Positions 44,689-55,800 of a DNA stretch of 64,000 nt are shown in pieces. Origin of the DNA: Octopus vulgaris (Eukaryota); the NCBI GenBank assembly GCA_951406725.2, contig OX597826.1, forward strand, positions 67,456,001 through 67,520,000, given 5' to 3'. Each line of letters opens with the position of its first letter. Position 1 is the stretch's first letter. Below the pieces are notes generated by a model. The model did no database searches and had not been told where the DNA came from. It was given only the letters and a program-made list of their open reading frames with translations. A program made the position numbers and the translations under genes.

Positions 44689-45142
44689 CAGCAAATATTC
44701 TGCTCAATACCACAGATTTGCTTGTCAGTTGTTCGACCTTAACCAGTTGAGCATGTCCCTTAGTGCCTGATGATATGTGCATCTCTGATGACGAGCAGAA
44801 ATAGTGGAGGGGGGACCATGGCCATGTGTTGGGAGGAATTCTTTGTAGTTTGAATAAGTCACCACTGGAAACATGGGTGTTTTGTTCAACTTCATTAAAC
44901 AATCCTTATTCAGGGACCTTTTGAGTAGGATGGGCTACTCGACCTGAAGAAAATTCTAACTGGGCCTCACCTGCAAGGTCATGTGCTGTTTATCTTGATA
45001 TGAGATCACCATGTCGCGCACATATGGTTGTGATGCATGTGCCTGGTGTAACCTTATCAGACGTATATTCATGATGGGTATACTAGGCTTCGTATATTTT
45101 ACCCCAGTGTCACTTTGAAGGCATGCACTGCTCTCTGACTCA

Positions 45143-45208
<66 letters not shown>

Positions 45209-45215
45209 GTAATGT
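44689..45215 (+). mobile_element. Non-coding retroposon-like fragment with (TAA)n tail, embedded in (AAT)/(ATT) microsatellite
   Basis: About 450 bp of complex sequence ending ..CTCTCTGACTCAG(TAA)n and preceded by (TTA)n. Family not identified. Confidence 0.45.
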
Positions 45216-46499
45216 TAACAAGATGAACATGAATATGTAGCATGTAAGATGGTAGAAAATGAAGGGAGAAAATGAGAATAAACGGAGGAAAACGGAGATG
45301 AGATGGAAAGTGTGAAGAGGTAGAAAGGCAAAAGAAGTGGCGAAGGAAGAAAGGAAGCAAATCATAAATAATAGAAAAAAGAACAATTCCTCTTATATTC
45401 AAAATAATTGAATATAAATAGATAAATTACAAGCTTCTTCGATAAGGCTGACCAAATTTTGATTTCCTTTCATGTAAAATGTCGGCGTATTTCAGAAGCA
45501 AAATAAATTTCCTTGTCTTTGCGCGTAATCTATGTCTTGCTGTGAAAATTTGATCGGATTAAAATCGATATTAAGCAGACTAAATCATCAGCTACGAGAA
45601 GAAATTAGGATTGTTAAGTTTCTCAATAACTTCTTCGAGTTTACTTTGTAACGTTACTTCATTCCTGAAGTAATCCAGACGTTGGTGTACATTAGTGTTT
45701 GATAATAATAATAACCAACATTTTTCAGGAAAATATTCAAAAGGGATATAGTAAGGAAAAAAAGCCAAAAAAAACAAAACCTATCCGTGTGCTGTTTTGA
45801 TGAAGATATGCTATTCGAGACGTCGGACATTCTTCTTGTTCTTAAAACGTAAAATTAATTACCTTGCTCTCATATTTTTCTTCTGTTTGCTCTTTGGAGC
45901 CAGACTTCTGTTATTTGTTATAACTGCGACCATGACGTATCTTTTAAAGTCTTCCGAAATTTAGGATGAACAAATGACTACTCATTGAGCTTCCGCTGAG
46001 CGGCGACCTGGGTGTAGGCACTAGTAACAGAGCCGAGATCTCTAAGGGCATTTATATTGTATGACTTTTTACTATTTGTATGTACATTCTCATTCAATAC
46101 CCCTTATTTCCAAAGCTGTATGGTGGACGTTATTCAACATCAAAAGCTTTACAAGTTAACAAAACATTTAATATTATATATCACACGGCTTATAAGCAGC
46201 GTAATACCTTCATTGGCGTCGGTAAGATGATACAGAGAAATATGCCGGTAATATGAAGAATGAATCTATATCGAACTTTCTGGGACTCTGATTCCGTGGG
46301 GTACAGATTCGACTAAATGTTGAGTTAAATATTAGAATCTTTATAAATTGTAGGTTAGAATTTTTCGGTCTGTTAATCTCATCTGTAGTGATGAAGAGGT
46401 TTTATTTAATATTTTGAATTTACCGAACTTTTATATTAATTTGAAATCTAATTGTCATTAGGCCTAATATTCGTGAAAGCGTACGTACCAGACTGGATC

Positions 46500-46820
46500 A
46501 CACGAGGCTATGTGATTAAGAATCTGCGTCTGCCATTACGTGGTCTTGGGTTCAGTTATAGGGCACAGTACAGCTGTGGACCGACGAAAAACTTTATGAG
46601 TGAATATGTTTGACGGAAACTGTACGGAAGCCCATGTGTGAGTGTGTGTGTGTTTGTGTGTTTAAGTCTCTCTCCCACAGCTGGTTAACAAGTGTCTGTT
46701 TGTTTATATCCCCATACCTTAAAATAATAATTACTGGAGATAAATTTTTCACCTAAGCCCTTCAAGGATGTGCCCCAGCATAGCCACAGCCTTATGACTG
46801 AAACAACTAGAAGAGAACAG
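46500..46820 (+). mobile_element. Old diverged SINE family B copy
   Basis: GGCTATGTGATTAAG..GGGTTCAGT..GACGGAAACTG..GAAGCCC..TGCCCCAGCATAGCCACAG..GACTGAAACAA. Other B 3' fragments at ~17520-17660, 24009-24060 and 26330-26365. Confidence 0.6.
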
Positions 46821-46922
46821 ATGAAAGAAGCTAGAAATATTAATGCTATAATCCATTAAATGCTTGACACATGAGTAAAGATTACTCATTATCTTGAATT
46901 TAAAATACTTGTAATTCAGCAA

Positions 46923-47084
46923 TGTTGTTCATAATCTTCACGGTTCCCTTAATTTGATTTTAAAGAGATTTAAATGATAATCAAAATAAGATAATGAAGT
47001 TCTTCAACTGAATTAAAGTTTTAAGGTTAATCAATGACGTGTTACTATAACTTTAAATACGCTTATACTCACAAAAACGCAACA
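46923..47084 (+). mobile_element. Candidate 5' LTR (162 bp) of the Ty3/gypsy element
   Basis: TGTTG...CAACA termini immediately followed by a PBS-like TGG. No partner LTR is present to confirm it. Confidence 0.5.
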
Positions 47085-47085
47085 G

Positions 47086-47210
47086 TGGAGACAAGGATTT
47101 CATAGCTCACACAGCCACTGTGTAATATTGCGATATAAGAGTGGCGACGAGAACTGCGTAGCACACACAGCCACTGTGTAATATTGCGATATAACAGTGG
47201 CGACCAGGTT
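47086..47210 (+). promoter_or_regulatory. Triplicated tRNA-Ser(GCT)-type primer-binding site in a 56-bp tandem repeat
   Basis: TGGAGACAAGGAT (47086), TGGCGACGAGAAC (47142) and TGGCGACCAGGTT (47198), compared with TGGCGACGAGGAT, the complement of the tRNA-Ser(GCT) 3' end. Confidence 0.65.
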
Positions 47211-47225
47211 TCGAATAGTGCCGAA

Positions 47226-49873
47226 ATGGAAGAGTTACTGAAAGCAGTTGTAAAACAACAACAGCGGCAGCAGCAACAACAACAACAACAGAAGTTAACA
47301 GAATTGTTACTGCAGTCGAGAAATACGACACAATCATTTTCAGCAGATGGTGTTGCAAATTCCATCGAAGAATTTCACTACAATCCGGATGAAGGAACTA
47401 CGTTTGCTGCATATTACAGACGATACGAAGACATATTCCGAGAGGAATGCAAGGGATGGCCTAGTGAAAGGAAGGTAAGGCTCCTTTTGTGAAAGCTTGC
47501 TACTCCGGAACACGAAAGATTTTGTAACTTTATTTTGCCGAGAAAGCCCGCGGAAATGTGTTTTGATGAAACGATAAATATTTTGACTAATATGTTCAGC
47601 GAGAAAAGTTCGCAGTTTAACATTCGATGGGAATGTTTAAATTTAAAGAAAAACTAGTCCGATGATTTCGTAACATATGCCGGTATGGTTAATTAGGCTT
47701 GCGAAAGGTTTAAGCTGGAAGAATTAACGCCAGATCTGTTCAATTACCTAATATTCGTTAAAGGGCTAGTGGCAACGGAAGACGCTGAAATTAGAAAAGG
47801 AATATTATCAAAGTTGAATCAAGATGTGAAAGTCACTTTGCAGAATGTGGCTGAGGAATGTCAACAAATAATAAACCTTCAAGATGATACAAGAAAGATA
47901 GAAGTCAAGAATAATAATGTACAAATGTGTAAAGAAAGTACAGAAAGAAGGAAAAAATTAAATTCAAAACGGTGCTATGGTTGTGGAGATCGACATTTGA
48001 GGAAAGATTGCCCCTTTAAAGATAAAACCTGTTTTAAGTGTGGTAAAATTGAACATATGCAAACGAAAGGCCGATCAAAGAAAATGGTAAAACAGAAGAA
48101 TGTCTACTCAACAAAAGTAAATTATACCAGACAAAACCGAAAATTTGTGTTGGTAGAAATAGATGGGTTTCAGACCAAAATGCAATTAGATACCGGTTCA
48201 GACTTATCGATAATAAATAGGGCAACATGGAGTAAGATAGGCAGGCCACCAGAAATAAAGCTTAAAAACAGGACGCGGAAATGTAAACTAATGGTATCTA
48301 ACGATACAATGAATCTGTTCGGGACAGATTTAATGGAAGGATTCGACCTGTAGGATCTATCACAGAATACATTATGTAACAAGGTGAATGCGTCACAGTC
48401 CTTGTCAGAGAAAGCGTCTGAAAAAATGAAATTAAAATTGAAAAATATGTACCCTGATATTTTTTCGAAAGAGCTCGGTATGTGTAAAAAATTAAAGTAA
48501 AGTTTGAGCTGAAAGAAAATGCAGTGCCGGTGTTCAAACTGAAAAGTAATGTAGCTTTTGCGGCGTTAAATCAAGTGGAGTAGGGATTAAAAAGACTGGA
48601 AGACATGGAAGTAATTGAAAAAGGAGATTACTCTGAGTGGGCGGCTCCTACGGTATATATTAAAAAGAAGATCAACCAGGTAAGTGCGGACTTCTCAACT
48701 GGTCTTAATGATTGTTTAGAAAATTACAATTATACACTTCCAAACCCAGAAGAAATATTTGCTAACTGCAATGGTGGGAAACATTTTCGAAGCTGGATTT
48801 GTCAGAGGCCTACCTCCAATTACTGGTAGATGAAGAATGTGCTAAAGTATTAATCAATACTCGTAAAGGTCTGTACCGTTTCAAAAGACTGCCATTTCAA
48901 AAGACGCACCAGCAATATTTCAGCAAGTGATGGGTACTATGCTAGCAGATTGTGAGTTCGCGGTCTCATGCTTGGATGACATATTAATAAAAAGTGAATC
49001 AAAGGACCAACATATTGAACATATAGAAGAGGTTTTCAAACGAATATGTGATTACGGGTTCATAGTAAGGGAGGATAAATGTGAATTTTTCTTAACAAAA
49101 ATAAAGTACTTGGGACAGGTGATCGATGAAAATAGACGAAACCGGACCCTTCTAGGATCGACGCGATAAAAAATATGCCTGTTCCCACTAACAAAACAAC
49201 ACTACAATCATTTTTAGGTTTGGTAAGTTATTACTAGTTGTACATACCTAAAATGGAGTTTTTGCCATCAATGAAAATGGGACACGCAGAGGTGTTTTCT
49301 AGGCTAATTCCAAAATACGAGGAACTTTTTGAAGACACGGTGATTTCATGGTTAAAACTAGAAATGGAACTGAAGAAAATTTTGTGCAATGTAGTACGTG
49401 ATTTTCCGGTAACACTGGAAGAAATTATATTAAAATCGGGAAATGCTAGGTTCATAATTAAGATTTTTTAAATGTTGAGTAACACGAAGAATATAAATGA
49501 GCGGGACGCAGGTTCAAAATACTATCCAGTATGTGATGAGGTATTACTATGTGCACACAGAGTGGTAATACCTGAAGCACTGCAAAACAGAGTATTAAAA
49601 GAATTTCACGTAGGACATCCGGAGATCGTCCGGAGGAAGAGCCTTAGGAAAAGTTACGTTTATTGGCCGAATATAGACAAACAAATTGAGAGACTGGTAA
49701 AACAGTGTAGGGGATGCGCTATGGCAGCAAAGGTGCGCCCAGTGAAGATTCAGCCGAGGCTAAAAACGGATTCGGCATGGTCTAGACTAAATGTGGATTT
49801 CGCAGGACCAATATATGGCTCCCATTATATCATTGTCGTGGATAGCTATTCCAAATAGCCTGAAGTGTGTAAA
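47226..49873 (+). pseudogene. Ty3/gypsy (Mag clade, K02A2.6-like) gag-pol pseudogene
   Basis: Gag EFHYNPDEGTTFAAYYRRYEDIF; two knuckles CYGCGDRHLRKDC and CFKCGKIEH; protease QLDTGS; RT WAAPTV, DFSTGLN, GLYRFKRLPF, CLDDILI, KYLG, LQSFLGLVSYY; integrase HVGHP..YVYWP..CRGC and VDFAGP..VVDSYSK*PEV. Many stops and frameshifts. Confidence 0.92.
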
Positions 49874-52800
49874 TTCGATCAACTGTCCAATAGCGAAAAT
49901 TCCATCAACTGTCCACTAGAGAAAATTCGATCAACTGTTCATTAGAAAAAATTCGATAAACTGTCCACTAGCGAAAGTTCGATCAACTGTACACAAGCAA
50001 AAATTCGATCAACTGTCCACAAGCGAAAATTCAATAAACTGTCCACGAGTAATAATTCGATCAACTGGCCGCTAGCGAAAATTCGATCAACTGTCCATTA
50101 GAGAAAATTCGATCAACTATCCACTAGCGACAATTCGATCAACTGTCCACTAGCAAAAATTCGATCAATTGTCCGCTAGAGAAAATTCGATCAACTGTCC
50201 GCTAGCGGAAATTCCATTGACTGTCAACTAGCAAAAATTCGATCAACTGTGCACAATCGAAAATTCGATCAACTGTCCGCTAGAAAAAATACGATCAACT
50301 GTGCACTAGCGAAAATTCCATCAACTGTCCGCTAGCAAAAATTCGGTCAACTGTCCGCTAGCGAAAATTCGATCAACTGTCAGCAACAGAAAATTCGATC
50401 AACTATCCGCTAGCAGAAATTCGATCAACTGTCTACAAACGTAAATTCCATCAACTGTCCACGACCAAAAATTCGATCAACTGTCCGCTAGAGAAAATTC
50501 GATCAACTGTCCGCTAGCGAAAATTCGATCAACTGTCCAGGAGCGAAAATTCGATCAACTCTCCACTCCCGATAATTCTATCAACTGTCCGCTAGAGAAA
50601 ATTCGATCAACTGTCCGCTAGAGAAAATTCAATCAACTGTCCACAAACGAAAATTCGATCAACTGTCCACAAGCGAAAATTCGGTCAACTGTCCACTAGC
50701 AAAAATTCGATCAACAATCCGCTAGCAAAAATTCGATCAACCGTCCACTAGCGGAAATTCGATCAAATGTCCACAAGCGAAAATTCGATCAACAGTCCGC
50801 TATAAGAAATTCGATCAACTCTCCGCTAGCAGAAATTCAATCGACTGTCCACTAGCGAAACTTTGATAAACTGTCCACTAGCAGGAATTCGATCAACTGT
50901 CCACTAGCGAAAATTCGAACAACTGTCCACTAGCGAAAATTCGATCAACTGTCCACAAACGAAAATTTGATCAACTGTCCACAAGCGAAAATTCGATCAA
51001 CTGTCCACAAGTAAAAATTTCGATCAACTGCCCAATAGCGACTATTCAATCAACTGTCCACAAGCAAAAATTCGATCAACTGTCCACTAGCGACTATTCG
51101 ATCAACTTTCCCCTAGCAAAAATTCGATCAACTGTTCGCTAGAGAATATTCGAACAATTGTCCACAAGCGAAAATTCGATCAACTGTCCGCTAGCAGAAA
51201 TTCGATCAACTGTCCACAAGTGAAAATTCGATCAATTGTCCGCTAGAGAAAATTTGATCAACTGTCCGATAGCAGAAATTCGATCAACTGTCCGGAACAG
51301 AAAATTCGATCAATTGTCCGCTAGCAGAAATTCGATCAACTGTCCGCTAAAGTAAATTCGCTCAACTGTCCACGAGCAAAAATTCGATCAACTCTCCACT
51401 AGCAAAAATTCGATCAACTGTCCGCTAGCAGAAATTCGATCAACTATCCGCTAGAGAATATTCGATCAACTGTCCGCTTGCAAAAATTCGATCAACAATC
51501 CGCTAGCAGAAATACGATCAACTGTCCACTAGCGAAAATTCGATCAACTTTCCACAAGCGAAAATTCGATCAACTGTCCGCTAGCAGAAATTCGATCAAC
51601 TGACCACTAGCGAAAATTCGATCAACTTTGCATAAGCGAAAATTCGATCAACGTCCTCTAGCAAAAATTCGATCAACACTCCACAAGCGAAAATTACATC
51701 AACTGTCCGCTAGAAGAATGTCGATCAGTGAAAATTCGATCAGTGAAAATTACATCAACTGTCCGCTAGCAGAAATTCGATCAACTGTCCACAAGCGAAA
51801 ATTCGATCAACTTCCCACAAGCGAAAATTCGATCAACTGTCCACTAGCGAAAATTCGATCAACTGTTCACTAGTGAATATTCGATCAATTGTCCGCTAGA
51901 GAAAATTCGATCAACTGTCCGCTAGCAGAAATCGATCAACTGTTCACTAGTGAAAATTCGATCAACTGTCCGCTAGATAAAATTCGTTCAACTGTCTGCT
52001 AGCAGAAATTCGATCAACTGTCCACAAGCGACAATTCGATCAACTGTCCGCTAGCAGAAATTCGATCAACTGTCTACTAGTGAAAATTTGATCAACTGTC
52101 CGCTAGCAGAAATTCGATCAACTGTCCGCTAGAGAAAATTCGATCAACTGTCCGCTAGAGAATATTCGATCAACTGTCCGCTTGCAGAAATTCGATCAAC
52201 TGTCCACTAGTGAAAATTCGATCAATTGTCCGCTAGAGAAAATTCGATTAACTGTCCACTAGCGAAAATTCGATCAACTTTCCACAAGCGAAAATTCGAT
52301 GAAATGTCCGCTAGCAGAAATCGATCAACTGTTCACTAGTGAAAATTCGATCAACTGTCCGCTAGATAAAATTCGTTCAACTGTCTGCTAGCAGAAATTC
52401 GAACAACTGTCCACAAGCGACAATTCGATCAACTGTCTACTAGCAGAAATTCGATCAACTGTCCACAAGCGACAATTCGATCAACTGTCCGCTAGCAGAA
52501 ATTCGATCAACTGTCCACTAGTGAAAATTCGATCAACTGCCCGCGAGCAGAAATTCGATCAACTGTCCGCTAGAGAAAATTCGATCAACTGTCCGCTAGC
52601 AAATATTCGATCAACTGTCCGCTTGCAGAAATTCGATCAACTGTCCGCTAGCAAAAATTCGATCAACCGTCCGCTAGCGGAAATTCGATCAAATGTGCAC
52701 AAGCGAAAATTCGATCAACAGTCCGCTATAAGAAATTCGATCAACTCTCCGCTAGCAGAAATTCAATCGACTGTCCACTAGCGAAACTTTGATAAACTGT

Positions 52801-55800
52801 CCACTAGCAGGAATTCGATCAACTGTCCACTAGCGAAAATTCGAACAACTGTCCACTAGCGAAAATTCGATCAACTGTCCACAAACGAAAATTTGAACAA
52901 CTGTCCACAAGCGAAAATTCGATCAACAGTCCACAAGTAAAAATTTCGATCAACTGCCCAATAGCGACTATTCAATCAACTGTCCACAAGCAAAAATTCG
53001 ATCAACTGTCCACTAGCGACTATTCGATCAACTTTCCCCTAGCAAAAATTCGATCAACTGTTCGCTAGAGAATATTCGAACAATTGTCCACAAGCGAAAA
53101 TTCGATCAACTGTCCGCTAGCAGAAATTCGATCAACTGTCCACAAGTGAAAATTCGATCAATTGTCCGCTAGAGAAAATTTGATCAACTGTCCGATAGCA
53201 GAAATTCGATCAACTGTCCGGAACAGAAAATTCGATCAATTGTCCGCTAGCAGAAATTCGATCAACAGTCCGCTAAAGTAAATTCGCTCAACTGTCCACG
53301 AGCAAAAATTCGATCAACTCTCCACTAGCAAAAATTCGATCAACTGTCCGCTAGCAGAAATTCGATCAACTGTCCGCTAGAGAATATTCGATCAACTGTC
53401 CGCTTGCAGAAATTCGATCAACAATCCGCTAGCAGAAATACGATCAACTGTCCACTAGCGAAAATTCGATCAACTTTCCACAAGCGAAAATTCGATCAAC
53501 TGTCCGCTAGCAGAAATTCGATCAACTGACCACTAGCGAAAATTCGATCAACTTTGCATAAGCGAAATTTCGATCAAACTCCTCTAGCAAAAATTCGATC
53601 AACACTCCACAAGCGAAAATTACATCAACTGTCCGCTAGAAGAATGTCGATCAACTGTCCACTAGTGAAAATTCGATCAACTGTCCGCTAGCAGAAATTC
53701 GATCAACTGTCCACAAGCGAAAATTCGATCAACTGTCCACAAGCGAAAATTCGATCAACTGTCCACTAGCGAAAATTCGATCAACTGTTCACTAGTGAAT
53801 ATTCGATCAATTGTCCGCTAGAGAAAATTCGATCAACTGTCCGCCAGCAGAAATTCGATCAACTGTTCACTAGTGAAAATTCGATCAACTGTCCGCTAGA
53901 TAAAATTCGATCAACTGTCTGCTAGCAGAAATTCGATCAACTGTCCACAAGCGACAATTCGATCAACTGTCCGTCTAGCAGAAATTCGATCAACTGTCTA
54001 CTAGTGAAAATTTGATCAACTGTCCGCTAGCAGAAATTCGATCAACTGTCCGCTAGAGAAAATTCGATCAACTGTCCGCTAGAGAATATTCGATCAACTG
54101 TCCGCTTGCAGAAATTCGATCAACTCTCCACTAGTGAAAATTCGATCAATTGTCCGCTAGAGAAATTTCGATCAACTGTCCACTAGCGAAAATTCGATCA
54201 ACTTTCCACAAGCGAAAATTCGATGAAATGTCCGCTAGCAGAAATTCGACCAACTGTTCACTAGGGAAAATTCGATCAACTGTCCGCTAGATAAAATTCG
54301 ATCAACTGTCCGCTAGCAGAAATTCGATCAACTGTCCACTAGCGAAAATTCGATCAACTGTTCACTAGTGAAAATTCGATCAATTGTCCGCTAGAGAAAA
54401 TTCGATCAACTGTCCACTAGCGAAAATTCGATCAACTTTCCACAAGCGAAAATTCGATGAAATGTCCGCTAGCAGAAATTCGATCAACTGTTCACAAAGG
54501 AAAATTCGATCAACTGTCCGCTAGATAAAATTCGATCAACTGTCCGCTAGCAGAAATTCGATCAACTGTCCACAATCGAAATTTCGATCAACTGTTCACT
54601 AGTGAAAATTCGATCAATTGTCCGCTAGAGAAAATTCGATCAACTGTCCGCTAGTGGACAGTTGATCGAATTTCTGCTAGCGGACAGTTGATCGAATTTT
54701 ATCTAGCGGACAGTTGATCGAATTTTCCTAGTGAACAGTTGATCGAATTTCTCCGAGCGGATATTTGATCGAAATTTCGCTTGTGGACAGTTGATCGAAT
54801 TTCTGCTAGCGGACAGTAGATCGAACTTTCACTTGTGGTCAGTTGATCGAATTTTCTCTTGTGGAAAGTTGATCGAATTTTCGCTTGCGGACAGTTGATC
54901 GAATTTTCGCTAGTGGACAGTTGTTCGAATTTTCGCTAATGGACAGTTGATCGAATTTCCGCTAGTGGACAGTTGATCGAATTTCTGCTAGCGGACAGTT
55001 GATCGAATTTTCGCTTCCGGACAATTGATCGAATTTCTGCTAGCGGACAGTTGATAGAATTTTCTGTAGCGGACAGTTGATCGAATTTTCTCTAGCGGAC
55101 AGTTGATAGAATTTTCACTAGTGGACAGTTGATCGAATTTCTGCTATCGGACAGTTGATCAAATTTTCTCTAGCGGTCAAATTTTCTGCTACCGGACATT
55201 TCATCGAATTTTCGCTTGTGGAAAGTTGATCGAATTTTCGCTAGTGGACAGTTGATCGAATTTTCTCTAGCGGACAATTGATCGAATTTTCAATAGTGGA
55301 CAGTTGATCGAATTTCTGCAAGCGGACAGTTGATCGAATATTCTCTAGCGGACAGTTGATCGAATTTTCTCTAGCGGACAGTTCATCGAATTTCTGCTAG
55401 CGGACAGTTGATCAAATTTTCACTAGTGACAGTTGATCGAATTTCTGCTAGCGGACAGTTGATCGAATTGTCGCTTGTGGACAGTTGATCGAATTTCTGC
55501 TAGCAGACAGTTGAACGAATTTTATCTAGCGGACAGTTGATCGAATTTTCACTAGTGAACAGTTGATCGAATTTCTGCTAGCGGACATTTCATCGAATAT
55601 TCTCTAGCGGACAGTTGATCGAAATTTCTCTAGCGGACAGTTGATCGAATTTCTGCTAGCGGAGAGTTGGTCAACTTTTCACTAGTAGACAGTTGAACGA
55701 ATTTCTGCTAGCGGACAGTTGATCGAATTTACGCTTGTGGACAGTTGATCGAATTTCTGCTAGCAAACAGTTGATCGAATTTTATCTAGCGGACAGTTGA

